Positions 29,870-39,857 are shown, counted from the first letter of the stretch. The stretch: DNA of 64,000 nucleotides from a virus (IMGVR_UViG_3300030117_005706:1-64000); one strand, 5' to 3'. Notes: generated by a model not told the origin, from the letters alone. Numbers and translations: made by a program.

Positions 29870-30812
29870 TCTCTTGCCTCCGAATGCGTGGCTTAGGTCT
29901 TCTCCAATAAATGTCTCCACCCTCTTGCCATGCTGGACATTCAGTTACGAATTCACACCATGCACACTTGCCTTCACTTGGCTGTGGCACGAAGTTGTTC
30001 GTTAGATATGCTTCAACAAGATTGCGAAGATGTTTCTTGAGTGTGCCGTTGATGTATCGTTTGTTGATTTTCTCATAGGCCACGTGGTTCTCGCTTCTTG
30101 GCACTCCTTCACGCTGCCCGTATGGATAAAACCAACCCCAGTGTGACACATCCTTCAATGGGTGGTCAGCCTTGTGGAGCAGGTCGGTATAGAAAGCCAT
30201 CTCAGTCCGCATCGAGCGAACCTTGAAGTCTGTCCCGACCCACTTACCGGTCTTCAATTCCATGAGTGTATACGTCCCATCCTCGTTCTCATAGCCTCGG
30301 TCGATACTCCCAGCGAAGTGAATCGGCACAGTCACCGTCTCACCATCAAACTCAAAATCAATCTCCTCAAAGGCGTGAACCTCCAACTCATTGATGACAG
30401 GTAAGAACCTGTCAGGGTCCTGTTCAAGTCGAATCAAGTCCCATTCGATGCGCTGACGAATGATGGGTTCCTCACCCAGCGTGTACGGTTTATCCGGTTG
30501 AGGGACGCAGTCAAGGAGCATCTGTAGTGCCTCTTCCCTGTGACCCTTCTTGAGAGCCTCGTACGCTTTACGATACACTGGTCGAGCCAGTACATAGAAC
30601 TCCTCAACAGCATTGTGAACATTTGTACCACGCAACATGTCATCCGTCTCAGGACTCTTACGACCGTCGATGCGCTTGTACTCATACTGCTTCTGACAGA
30701 ATGTAAAATCAGACGTGAGGCTTGATTTGGTAACACGAAGATATTTGTCGTGCCCTACGCGCCACTTGTAGGTGGACTTACCGTATGCTTCCCAATTGCG
30801 CTCCGACATCAA
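29856..30812 (-). CDS. Cas4/RecB-like PD-(D/E)XK nuclease
   Basis: FCQKQY, RGTNVH, GSIDR, ELKTGK, CAWC....CP four-Cys pattern. Confidence 0.85.
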   Translation of the reverse strand: MMSERNWEAYGKSTYKWRVGHDKYLRVTKSSLTSDFTFCQKQYEYKRIDGRKSPETDDMLRGTNVHNAVEEFYVLARPVYRKAYEALKKGHREEALQMLLDCVPQPDKPYTLGEEPIIRQRIEWDLIRLEQDPDRFLPVINELEVHAFEEIDFEFDGETVTVPIHFAGSIDRGYENEDGTYTLMELKTGKWVGTDFKVRSMRTEMAFYTDLLHKADHPLKDVSHWGWFYPYGQREGVPRSENHVAYEKINKRYINGTLKKHLRNLVEAYLTNNFVPQPSEGKCAWCEFVTECPAWQEGGDIYWRRPKPRIRRQENASG

Positions 30813-30813
30813 A

Positions 30814-31341
30814 TCACTGCGGTTGCATCATTTGCGCTGCGATATAAACATATTCGCTGATGAGTTCGGCTCCTTCTTTTGGGTTATCCGCCTTTGATAG
30901 AAGCGTGTCTTCGATTTTCTTCTGTAGCATAATCATCTGAACTGATAGGCTCGTAAGTCCTGTAAGCAACCCCTTCTGTGGAGAAGTCTTGTCAAGTGGG
31001 ACTACTACTGGAGGTTTGTACGTCTTGTATGGCTTGCCTTTGGCTATCATTTTTCTCACCTTTTTTTGTTCCAATCGATGCATGCGCTTCTTCTGTTTGG
31101 CCTCAGCGGACAATTTGTACATACTCCTTCTCTTATTACCAGTTCGCTCTAAGACCCCTTCTCTAACTAGCGTAACCAGTGCATTTGTCACCAACTGCTT
31201 GTTGTCCTTTGTTCCCTTAAACAGCGAATTGTTCTTTACTATATTGTAAAGAGCCACACGAGTAAATATCGTGTCTGCTCCGAACTGGTTCGCTATTACT
31301 GCTTTTCGTGCTTCTTTCTTGCTTGTTTTTTTGGCTACCAT
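30814..31341 (-). CDS. Basic, Lys-rich hypothetical protein (possible HTH)
   Basis: AT-rich ORF; AGGTGA SD before ATG 31341; LxxLVREGVLER wHTH-like segment. Confidence 0.6.
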   Translation of the reverse strand: MVAKKTSKKEARKAVIANQFGADTIFTRVALYNIVKNNSLFKGTKDNKQLVTNALVTLVREGVLERTGNKRRSMYKLSAEAKQKKRMHRLEQKKVRKMIAKGKPYKTYKPPVVVPLDKTSPQKGLLTGLTSLSVQMIMLQKKIEDTLLSKADNPKEGAELISEYVYIAAQMMQPQ

Positions 31342-31386
31342 TTTTCTCACCTTTTTTTCGGACTACATCCTATTATATTAAATGAA

Positions 31387-33777
31387 TCACCAATAAGACT
31401 TAGGCTTTGCTTTACCCGAAGCGTAATCTATATTCCACTCCAGTGCCTTGTATATAGGCTCAATCTTTTTGGTTATCAATTTCAATACCATAGTATCATA
31501 GTCGAGTATAAATTCATCGAGTTCACTCTCTTCATGAAATGATACGATGTCTGTTTTAGGCAGGCCGTCAGGTACGTCTTTTACATATACCCACTTGGCA
31601 CTGTCGCCTTCGTCAAATCTTGACCCGTTATATCGCTCGGCCAAGTGAGCGTTGTAATATCTTGCACCCTTTACACCCGGTACTCCGACACTCGGAGCAT
31701 AGTTGTTCAAGGGCTTTTGAATACGTGTTACACCACATAAATCTTTTAGTGGTATCTCACCATTTTGAATGCGTTTTGCCAGTGGGCGGACTAATGAAGT
31801 TGCATCATTCTCCGTCCCACCATTACAGACAATAGTGAGTAAGTCTCGCTCCAAAGTTCTCGACACTGGGGCGAGCGTTGATATTTTACCGAATCGTGCT
31901 GACTTGGATTTACCCTCATCCTCAGGAGGCCAAGAGCATATACCGTAGTACAGGTTCTTGCCTGCTACAATCCAATACGGCATGTATGCCTCAAATTCAA
32001 CGAACAAATGACTGGCATCGAGTTGTCGCTGTACCTCGTCGGTCAAGTGTTTGGCGAGAGCCTCAGCCTCGTCAAATGGAATCTGAACAAATGCGGAGTC
32101 GGTGTGACCATACAAGGCTGAATAGCCTTGAGCCTCAGACTCCTCCATCAAGAACCGAATAGACTCTCGACCTCTTGATGTGATAGCGCTTGCGATGGCA
32201 GGTGCTGCCCAACCCCAGTGGGTACTGGCACACATACCGTATAGTGACGCCATGACGCGCTTTACTGCGAGTTGCATGGTGTTCCACCCTGAGCGTTCTG
32301 ACTTGGTCTCAGCAGCACGCATGTTCTTCTTGTAGGCATCACGTACCTCAAACAACTCCTCGACGATTGTGGGCAGCAGTCCGCGCTTTGACTGGTCCCA
32401 GCACGTACCGTCCTTGAGTTCCTTGATGTTCTCCTCACCACGTCGTGCGTTGTCGACTTGCGTCTCCCACGACAGGTTATCACTCAGGATAATTGAGGGG
32501 TACAGCCCCTTGTAGTCAACACAGGCAACTCCCTTGTATCGACCCGGCTTGGGTGGAGGGATAAACGCCCCTTCGTAGTCCACCTTCTCAGCACCCGACG
32601 ATGTCGGGGCTTTGTTGCCAGTGCGACGACTAAGCAGGCCACGTGCGAACCGTGTGACGTTGTGACACGATTCAAACATGACACCACAGAAACGCTGTAG
32701 TGCTAAGTAAAAGTTGAGAATGTGGTTGTCCTCGTCGATACGCTTGAGCAAGAGAACGTCTTGCATACAGTAGTCGACGTATTCGTCGAATCGTTCGTAC
32801 CATCCTGTGAACACGTCCATATCGAACTTGTTGGCATAGCCTAACTCCTCAGCAATGGTCGCCAACTTGAGGTTCGATAACTGCGGTCGACCACTGTCTT
32901 TCCATACACGCTCAAAGCCTGTGCCACTCTTGAGAGGAGCAGCAGTGTCGAAGCACAGACGCCCTGCTACGGGTTGGTCTGTGTAGTCGTAGCCACCACG
33001 CTTGTCTTTGCGTGGACGCAACACCCGACCCAGTGGACTGAGCCGTCGATAGGCGTCCCTGCCAAGCAACTTCTTCTGAGTCAATCGACCCACCATGTGT
33101 GGCAGGTCAGCCCACATCAGTGCGTGAGCAACGAAGACGTCAGGATTAGCCTCCTCAAGATGGTCGAGGAAGCGAGTATAGATTGCACGCTCGGAGTTAC
33201 AAATCACTCGTCTGTATGAAAAGTCGGCGGTAGTGCCATCCTCATACTCGTGCTTTACATGACGCACCTCGTCGATGCACTCGTCGTCGCCCAACTCTCT
33301 CGCTGAGCGTTCCGACCAACAGTAGGCTACACTCTCATTGGTGTGGCTGTCTGTGAAAGCAATGACGGTAGTGAAGCCCTTGACCGGGTCCCACTCAAGG
33401 TCGAGGTGCCATACACGTGGTGTCCAGTCAGGCATCTCACTGACTTCGTCAATGAGGTATCTGTCGGGCAACCGTAGGTCAGCCTCCCATGTCTCAATCT
33501 CACGACGCACGCCGTGCAAGTCGTTGGGTCGCATCACGTTGACACGAATCAAGTCCTCACCATACAGACCAGTAGCCTTCGTAGAACGGTCGATGGTCAG
33601 CCCATAGTACCGTTCACTCAGCCGAGTCAAAAGGCGGGGAGGGGTGTCGGCTCTTACCCATGTGTAGGGTTGGAAGTCCGTCACCGTCTCTTCAATCAGT
33701 TCACCTTCGGGTGAGCGCCATCGCTTGTACAGCGCAGCCATGCCCTCAGGGTCAGGATAGTATTGTTCGATAATCAT
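31387..33777 (-). CDS. polB: Family B DNA polymerase
   Basis: HLDLEW exonuclease I, YCMQD, DYKGLYPS, KRVMASLYG, YGHTDS. Confidence 0.97.
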   Translation of the reverse strand: MIIEQYYPDPEGMAALYKRWRSPEGELIEETVTDFQPYTWVRADTPPRLLTRLSERYYGLTIDRSTKATGLYGEDLIRVNVMRPNDLHGVRREIETWEADLRLPDRYLIDEVSEMPDWTPRVWHLDLEWDPVKGFTTVIAFTDSHTNESVAYCWSERSARELGDDECIDEVRHVKHEYEDGTTADFSYRRVICNSERAIYTRFLDHLEEANPDVFVAHALMWADLPHMVGRLTQKKLLGRDAYRRLSPLGRVLRPRKDKRGGYDYTDQPVAGRLCFDTAAPLKSGTGFERVWKDSGRPQLSNLKLATIAEELGYANKFDMDVFTGWYERFDEYVDYCMQDVLLLKRIDEDNHILNFYLALQRFCGVMFESCHNVTRFARGLLSRRTGNKAPTSSGAEKVDYEGAFIPPPKPGRYKGVACVDYKGLYPSIILSDNLSWETQVDNARRGEENIKELKDGTCWDQSKRGLLPTIVEELFEVRDAYKKNMRAAETKSERSGWNTMQLAVKRVMASLYGMCASTHWGWAAPAIASAITSRGRESIRFLMEESEAQGYSALYGHTDSAFVQIPFDEAEALAKHLTDEVQRQLDASHLFVEFEAYMPYWIVAGKNLYYGICSWPPEDEGKSKSARFGKISTLAPVSRTLERDLLTIVCNGGTENDATSLVRPLAKRIQNGEIPLKDLCGVTRIQKPLNNYAPSVGVPGVKGARYYNAHLAERYNGSRFDEGDSAKWVYVKDVPDGLPKTDIVSFHEESELDEFILDYDTMVLKLITKKIEPIYKALEWNIDYASGKAKPKSYW

Positions 33778-34022
33778 TCATCTTCACCCATGCAAAGCAC
33801 ATCGGTGTTGACTGATTTGTATCGGCGTATCAACTCTTTCAAGTGTCTCCGTGAAGTTCGTCGGTTGAAGTATTGCCCGTGTCCACGTAGGTAAAACCGT
33901 ACACTGATGACTCGGTTGTCGTCCAACTCGTCAGGTATGACAATCCACTGTATGGATGCCACTTCTTTCAAGTCGATAATCAGACTATTTGCTGATGCAT
34001 ATTGTTTTTGTATTTCATTCAT
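33774..34022 (-). CDS. Hypothetical protein
   Basis: Likely start MNEIQKQY at 34022; stop overlaps the polB start. Confidence 0.55.
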   Translation of the reverse strand: MNEIQKQYASANSLIIDLKEVASIQWIVIPDELDDNRVISVRFYLRGHGQYFNRRTSRRHLKELIRRYKSVNTDVLCMGEDE

Positions 34023-34137
34023 TTTTCTCTCTCCTTTGTTCTTCTCTTCTGAGCCTTGCACATGTAGCACATCGCTTGCAGTGCTTCCAATACCTCGTGA
34101 TTGGTCGCTTGTTGCAGTCAATGCACATTTGCGTCAT
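34015..34137 (-). CDS. Zn-finger microprotein (40 aa, not in ORF track)
   Basis: MTQMCIDCNKRPITRYWKHCKRCATCARLRREEQRREKNE*. Confidence 0.5.
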   Translation of the reverse strand: MTQMCIDCNKRPITRYWKHCKRCATCARLRREEQRREKNE

Positions 34138-34258
34138 GTGTGTACCTACTCCCGCAACTTTGACAAACCCACGTTTCAACGGCCTTCGATTCTTTGACTA
34201 TCCAAAAGTCGCCAAAGGTATCGCACATCTTACATTCATGACCTGTGATGAGTGTCAT
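34118..34258 (-). CDS. Zn-ribbon microprotein (46 aa)
   Basis: MTLITGHECKMC...WVCQSCG; ATGA overlap with the upstream gene. Confidence 0.6.
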   Translation of the reverse strand: MTLITGHECKMCDTFGDFWIVKESKAVETWVCQSCGSRYTHDANVH

Positions 34259-34362
34259 TCCTCTTCCTCCTTCTTCCACAGTTCGGAGCATCGAGGTCCC
34301 GCACAAAAGCGGAAGCCTCGTCGAGCCGGTAGTGTGCACTTACGCTTGGAACATTTTCTCAT
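34255..34362 (-). CDS. Cys-rich microprotein (35 aa, not in ORF track)
   Basis: MRKCSKRKCTLPARRGFRFCAGPRCSELWKKEEEE*; ATGA overlaps at both ends. Confidence 0.55.
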   Translation of the reverse strand: MRKCSKRKCTLPARRGFRFCAGPRCSELWKKEEEE

Positions 34363-35117
34363 TCGTCCACCTCTTGGTCAAACACAATGAGTAGAAAGTC
34401 ACCATTGCCTCCTCGTATGACGAGGGGTGCGTTCTCACCCATGTGAATCGAAACGTTCTGATTCGGCACCGTGCCCAACAGGTCAGGCAGCCAGTGGGCG
34501 AAGTGCGATACATACGACTCCTTGTCGCCTGACACTTGCTCAGCCTCAGCGTTAACGAACATCTTGCCCTTGCTGGACTTGGACGCCATGACCGTGAAGT
34601 CACTGTCCTTCGGTCGCAACTCGGCCTTACAGGTAAACAGATTACCTATCACCTTCGTTGCCTTCGCCAGTGGGTACAGGTCAGACCCGTCGACCACAGC
34701 CTCGGCAGGCAGGGGTGCGTTCCCAAAGGATGTCCACATGCTCTCCTCGCTTTTCTTGACTATCTTTTCAATCAGGCTGACGTCACTGTCCGATGCAATG
34801 TATGTGCTGGTCGGCAACTCAAGGTTGCTGTTGCCACCCTTGACGTGCAAGGGTCGACCTCGACCTCGTTGGTTGACTGTGACGTCGGCTGATGTCACCG
34901 ACTTGAGGAAGGCCAAGAGGCGAGCGACATCGCTCACGTATATGTGGCCCTCATCATCACTGGTGCAAGGCATACCCTTTCGCAAGTAGTGCGTCAATTG
35001 ACCCACGGCAGCGATGATAGTGCCCGACGATACCCGAAGCACGAGGTCGTCGACACCCTTAGCAAAAGTGTCAACGAAGCCAATCAGTGCTTTTCTGTCC
35101 GCTTCAAAGGTAGGCAT
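34359..35117 (-). CDS. pcn: DNA sliding clamp (PCNA-like)
   Basis: About 252 aa with the two-domain clamp pattern, e.g. MPTFEADRKAL...VSIHMGENAPLVI; lies in the replisome cluster. Confidence 0.7.
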   Translation of the reverse strand: MPTFEADRKALIGFVDTFAKGVDDLVLRVSSGTIIAAVGQLTHYLRKGMPCTSDDEGHIYVSDVARLLAFLKSVTSADVTVNQRGRGRPLHVKGGNSNLELPTSTYIASDSDVSLIEKIVKKSEESMWTSFGNAPLPAEAVVDGSDLYPLAKATKVIGNLFTCKAELRPKDSDFTVMASKSSKGKMFVNAEAEQVSGDKESYVSHFAHWLPDLLGTVPNQNVSIHMGENAPLVIRGGNGDFLLIVFDQEVDE

Positions 35118-35122
35118 ACGCC

Positions 35123-36154
35123 TCACAGGGTCCTGTCTCGTAGTTCCGGCAAGCCGTACCACTCAGCGTTCTGCCCCTTCTTCGTCACGAAGAACGTGCG
35201 TTCCTGACCCTGCAAGTTCGGGTTGGTCTTGACCTTGACGAACTCAGCGGAGTAGCGAGTCTCACCCGTCTCCTTACCGTCTTCGTCACGAACCTTGGTG
35301 TCCTTGCACCATAGAATCTGTGTGAGGTCGTTGTTGGCCTGCTTCTCCCATACGAACTTCCAACCGTCATGGCTGTACTCATCGTCGGCTGACTTGATGT
35401 GCGTCTCCCAATAGACGTCCACGCCAAGCATGTTCATCTGTCGGCACAACGCAGTCAGTTGCTTGAATCGGGTCGAACGGATGTTCCAGTTCCAACCAAT
35501 CTCCTTGTTGAGTTTGGAGGCGGCTGCTTCAATCGCATCCTTTGCATCCATTTCAAGGTCGTAAATCTTCATGTTGTTGATACACACTTGGTCGAACTGG
35601 TCAACCGCAGTGACAAGGAACGCCTTCAATCGAGGCTTGTCCCACTCAGGGTCACGCTGGTTGCGAGCATACTCCAGTGCGAACTTACAGATGTCCATCA
35701 CACGCTGGTGTGTCTTCTGATAGTCGAACGCTGTTCGGTTGCCGACCTGTGTCGACCATGGGTTCCAAAGACGGAAGCGGTCGTCGTCAGGGTAATGCGT
35801 CTCTTTGCAATCGAGAGCACCACTGTCAAAGTCCATACACCACATCATCTCATTGTCCTCAGCATAGTGTGCAAAGGCATCCATGATGGCACCAGTCTTG
35901 CCTCGACCACTGTGACCTCCAATGCCACAGAAGATGGTCGACGGCTTGAACTTCGACTGAACCGTCTGTTGGTCGAACTCGTTCATCAGTTCGGGGTAGT
36001 TCGTCGTAGCACCACTCTTCGGAGCAGGTGCTTCCTCCTTCTTGGCAACTGGCTCAACTGGCTCAGATTGCACGGGGGGTTCGGTCTTCTTCTCTTCTTT
36101 GTTTTCTTCAACAGCCTTGTTCAGTGCTGCCTTCAATGCGTCTAATCCACTCAT
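35123..36154 (-). CDS. RecA/RadA-like (Sak4-type) P-loop ATPase
   Basis: GHSGRGKT, MDFDSG, VTAVDQ; adjacent to the SSB gene. Confidence 0.75.
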   Translation of the reverse strand: MSGLDALKAALNKAVEENKEEKKTEPPVQSEPVEPVAKKEEAPAPKSGATTNYPELMNEFDQQTVQSKFKPSTIFCGIGGHSGRGKTGAIMDAFAHYAEDNEMMWCMDFDSGALDCKETHYPDDDRFRLWNPWSTQVGNRTAFDYQKTHQRVMDICKFALEYARNQRDPEWDKPRLKAFLVTAVDQFDQVCINNMKIYDLEMDAKDAIEAAASKLNKEIGWNWNIRSTRFKQLTALCRQMNMLGVDVYWETHIKSADDEYSHDGWKFVWEKQANNDLTQILWCKDTKVRDEDGKETGETRYSAEFVKVKTNPNLQGQERTFFVTKKGQNAEWYGLPELRDRTL

Positions 36155-36165
36155 TTTTCTTCACC

Positions 36166-37416
36166 TCAAAATTGGTCGATGTCTGTGTTTCCACCCGTTG
36201 CTCCCGGTCGTGCTGTTCGTGGAGGAACATAGATACCGTAAGCCGTGAGGCTCGGCACCATGTCATCTCGGAACATCCGTGTCTTGAGTTGCCCACAGAT
36301 GAGCACTGGTGTGCGCTCAGCATAAGGTACCCATTCACCACCCTTCTTGAACTCAAACGGATTGTTCTCGTCGTTCAGGGTGCCCGGAATCCATACGGTA
36401 ATCTCGGACAGTGGGGACTCTCGACCATACTTCGACTGAGCGCTCAGGCTTGTGATGCTCAGACGGAAGTTGCGTCCCGTTCTGTCGTACTGGTTGTCGT
36501 TCGCCTCTTTGTTGAGTCGACTGACATACCCCTTTGTGATAACTGTCGGCGAAAGGAAGCCGTCGTTGTAGGCAATCTTTCGGTCGTCGTACGCTTCAAG
36601 GAGTTCGGCCATGTCGACGTAAGTGTCGTGCTTGTCGCTGACCCAAAAGCGTGCTGCATCCGAGAAGTCCGTCATGGAACCATCGTTCTCGATGTATGTG
36701 ATTGTGTCACAGAAGTCACGGTTCGTATACACTGTGTCTCGTGTCGGGTCATTCGGAGGAATGACTTGGACTTGGCACAGTTGACCAATATCGTATTGTG
36801 CTGACATGCTGTTGCCACTCAGTGCGATACGCCACAGACGTGGGTTCTCGATGAGGCTGTTGACCTCGTTGCCGAGGAAGTGCATGTAGCGCACTTCGCT
36901 TGTTGGTGCAATCGGCTTGCCGAAGGTGGCTGTGCCCTCACGATTGTTAAGAAGGGCGACCATGGTGTTGTCAACTTCAAGTGCGAACCACGGTAGGTTG
37001 TCACCATCAACACGTTCATTGGTCGGCTCGCCGTTGACGTGCCATACTCCCTCTTTCGCCTTGATTATACCAATCATACCTTGCTCGATAGCACGGTTAC
37101 TGTCACGCTTGAAGAGGTTCACGGCCTCTTCTCGCTGTCGTCGACGTAGGTCGGTCGGGGCGTCGTTCAATCCAAGAACGTGGCCTACGAATTGAATCGT
37201 ATCACGGTTACCACCGCTGCCACTTCGTCCAAGGTTTCGTGTGTCGATGACAAACATCTCAGCCCATTCTGTCAACAGATAGGGGTCTTCACTTTGCCAG
37301 TCAGTCACACCGAACTCATCGCTGAGCCACTGCTCAAACTCCTTCGTTGCTTCTTCTTCTTCTTTTCCAGTTCTTTCTGCGTATGCTTTTATACGTTCCA
37401 TTACTTCATCATTCAT
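36166..37416 (-). CDS. Single-stranded DNA-binding protein (RPA-like, OB folds)
   Basis: OB-fold-like strands (VITKGYV, VLICGQLK), acidic aromatic C-terminus DIDQF; replisome context. Confidence 0.6.
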   Translation of the reverse strand: MNDEVMERIKAYAERTGKEEEEATKEFEQWLSDEFGVTDWQSEDPYLLTEWAEMFVIDTRNLGRSGSGGNRDTIQFVGHVLGLNDAPTDLRRRQREEAVNLFKRDSNRAIEQGMIGIIKAKEGVWHVNGEPTNERVDGDNLPWFALEVDNTMVALLNNREGTATFGKPIAPTSEVRYMHFLGNEVNSLIENPRLWRIALSGNSMSAQYDIGQLCQVQVIPPNDPTRDTVYTNRDFCDTITYIENDGSMTDFSDAARFWVSDKHDTYVDMAELLEAYDDRKIAYNDGFLSPTVITKGYVSRLNKEANDNQYDRTGRNFRLSITSLSAQSKYGRESPLSEITVWIPGTLNDENNPFEFKKGGEWVPYAERTPVLICGQLKTRMFRDDMVPSLTAYGIYVPPRTARPGATGGNTDIDQF

Positions 37417-38360
37417 TGTTTCACTTCCATGTTTTGTTTTAGGGTTGCTACGAAATACTCAAAGAATGCTATATCGTCATCAGGCCATTCGTTCGTCATT
37501 ATAATAAAACGACCGTATGTTCTCATAAACGCATACCACTCTTCTCCCTCTTCCAGCAGGGGTCGTGCTCGGAACCTCAACTTCTTTAATGTTCCGAAGC
37601 GGTTGTTGCCTTCTTCAAGTTCTCGTAGAATATATGCAGCAAGCGACTTATAGTCGCCGCCTGCTAAATTAAGCGCAGCCTTTGCCATGTTGTTACCACG
37701 ACCACGTATATGTTCCATTAGTGCGTCGTCAGTCTTTGACAAAGACTGCAATGTATCAACTACTTTTCTTGCACTGCCGGAGTAATAAGAACCCAAGTTT
37801 CTGTAATACTCTTTCCATGCATCAGGTAATTGCTCTTGCTCGTGAATGTTCAATGCCACCTGTTCTATTTCATCAGATGTCATGGGCTTGAAATGATATA
37901 CTCGGCATCTGTCAATTATTGCTGAGTGGAAACCACCTATATCGTTGGCTGTAAGAATAAATCGTACAGTCCTGTGACTTGTCTCCATGATTTGACGCAA
38001 TGCCTTTTGTGCATCTTTCGTTAGTGAATCCGCTTCATCCAAGATGATGTATCGGTGTGAAGCCATCAGTGCTTTCTGTGAGACAATGTGCTTGAGTTCA
38101 TCTCGGATATACCCAATCCCCCTGTCATCACTGGCGTTGGTGACGACGACGTTGGCAGGGTCAAACGCACTCCCCAATGCTCCCCTCGCCAACGCCATCG
38201 CCGCCGTTGTTTTACCCACACCTGACGGTCCTATGAAGAGAAGGCACGGCGGTGTTGTTTCCGCCGACCATTCTCGTGAATCTCGTTTCAACTCTTGACA
38301 GCCGACCATTTGGTCGACAAGAGTTGGTCTGTATTTTTCCCTCCAAACTTCGGTCATCAT
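37413..38360 (-). CDS. rfcS: Replication factor C small subunit (clamp loader)
   Basis: WREKYRP, GPSGVGKT, NASDDRGI, ILDEADSL, DRC. Confidence 0.95.
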   Translation of the reverse strand: MMTEVWREKYRPTLVDQMVGCQELKRDSREWSAETTPPCLLFIGPSGVGKTTAAMALARGALGSAFDPANVVVTNASDDRGIGYIRDELKHIVSQKALMASHRYIILDEADSLTKDAQKALRQIMETSHRTVRFILTANDIGGFHSAIIDRCRVYHFKPMTSDEIEQVALNIHEQEQLPDAWKEYYRNLGSYYSGSARKVVDTLQSLSKTDDALMEHIRGRGNNMAKAALNLAGGDYKSLAAYILRELEEGNNRFGTLKKLRFRARPLLEEGEEWYAFMRTYGRFIIMTNEWPDDDIAFFEYFVATLKQNMEVKQ

Positions 38361-38378
38361 ATCTCCTCTTTCTTATTT

Positions 38379-38390
38379 CTTTAAATAGGG
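38379..38390 (-). promoter_or_regulatory. Viral TATA-like promoter CCCTATTTAAAG
   Basis: Exact 12-mer also at 47779, 56434 and 61423; about 20-30 nt upstream of the RFC start. Confidence 0.7.
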
Positions 38391-38399
38391 TCATCAAAA

Positions 38400-39857
38400 T
38401 TACACCATTTCGATGAGGTCCGTTAGTTGACTTGTATCACTGAATCCGAGGTTGTCGTCAACATACATTACCTCGCCCACCATCGACATGGTTGACAGGT
38501 TCATATCCTTGACCTGACCAACCAATACAATGGCTTGTTCTTCAATCGGCATCCAGTGATTGCCGACGAGGACTCCGTTCTTCGCCAACCTTGTCCTCAA
38601 GTGGTTGGCAACTGAGGCGTTTAATTTAACCTCAAGCACTTGGTATGGGTCGAAGCCATCCAAGACTCCGAGCCTCAAGTGCGTTTCATACTCCGCATCC
38701 TTCTTTACAGAAAGACCGAGCAAGTGAATCTGATATGCTCCGTCCATCACAACGTAGCCACCATGCCCTCCGATGTCGAGAGGACCGCCGTCTTTGAGAC
38801 GCAGTCGTTCGTTATCGTTGATGGCTATTAGTGCGTTCGTCAAGTTCTCGCCTTCCTCAAGAAGCCTACCCACCTTGATGGGTACTTTGAAGGTTGCTGT
38901 GTTGAGAACCTCGATGCGTTCTCGATAGGGTCGCTTGTACACTTCCCAGTCTTGACCCATCGACAATACATCACTGACTGATACAATCGAATTACCTGAC
39001 ACCTCAACCTCATAGACACCAACAGTCTGAGTCGGCAAGAAGAACGTGTCAATCTTGCCAACAGGTTGCTTGTCCTGATTGTACAGTGTGCCTCGCAGTG
39101 TCCCCGCAGGGAACTCCACGACGTGCAGGTATCGACGCTGTGCTTTGATGACCTCAAGATAACTACTACTTGGTGCAGTTGTCTGTGTCCACGACTTGTA
39201 CACTGGTCCACGAAACGGCTGACCCGGTTGGATGTGGTCGAGGGGTTTGACCTCCTCGCTCTCATCCTTGAGTGTCCTTACAAGATACTCAGCGGGTGAC
39301 ATCGTGTCGAGTATGCGCCTCACTGCCTTGAGGCTCAGCGCCCTACTACCAGTGAGATGTGAACAGCGCTGAATGAAACGGTCGATTGGATAGGGCGGGG
39401 CTTCGCCCAGTGCCCTTGACCAAAACGCCTCAGCCTCAAGTTGACTGAGTTGCTTGGCTACATCCAACACGGGTGTTTCGTTCAGTCGGTGCATGAGCAT
39501 CATCGCTTGCTTGACTGTCAAGTTGCTCGGTTCCTCATTGCTCTCCGATGCAAGGGTCGGCACGATGGGTTGCCCCGCCAATGCCTCGTCCCACACCAAG
39601 CCTGAGATACCAAGTTCTCGACAGACAGACTCTCTGATGTGGCTGTCTGAAATGAACTGGCGAGGATGTCGTGAATACTTCGGGAAGAAGATGTCAATGA
39701 TGTCCTCGTAGTCTTCGGCTGATTGCTCAACCATATCAGACACGGCACGCATGGACTCACGAAAGTCAGCCGCACTGTCGTCGCTGTTGCGTCGATAGTA
39801 CAACCTACGGAGTGTGCGTGCTGCCTCAGCAGCAGTCGATAGTAGCAAGGTAATCAC
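38400..39857 (-). CDS. Degenerate ATP-dependent DNA ligase homolog
   Basis: LSQLEAE (DNA-binding domain), PGQPF, DVL...RPYRERIEVL; no canonical KxDG motif. Confidence 0.6.
   Translation of the reverse strand: MITLLLSTAAEAARTLRRLYYRRNSDDSAADFRESMRAVSDMVEQSAEDYEDIIDIFFPKYSRHPRQFISDSHIRESVCRELGISGLVWDEALAGQPIVPTLASESNEEPSNLTVKQAMMLMHRLNETPVLDVAKQLSQLEAEAFWSRALGEAPPYPIDRFIQRCSHLTGSRALSLKAVRRILDTMSPAEYLVRTLKDESEEVKPLDHIQPGQPFRGPVYKSWTQTTAPSSSYLEVIKAQRRYLHVVEFPAGTLRGTLYNQDKQPVGKIDTFFLPTQTVGVYEVEVSGNSIVSVSDVLSMGQDWEVYKRPYRERIEVLNTATFKVPIKVGRLLEEGENLTNALIAINDNERLRLKDGGPLDIGGHGGYVVMDGAYQIHLLGLSVKKDAEYETHLRLGVLDGFDPYQVLEVKLNASVANHLRTRLAKNGVLVGNHWMPIEEQAIVLVGQVKDMNLSTMSMVGEVMYVDDNLGFSDTSQLTDLIEMV

Noticed and set aside
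29856-30812. CRISPR-Cas system implied by the Cas4-like gene
   Set aside because: Solo nuclease within a replication operon, common in archaeal viruses; no cas1/cas2 or array
31387-33777. Intein in PolB
   Set aside because: Normal length with contiguous motifs; no intein termini or LAGLIDADG seen
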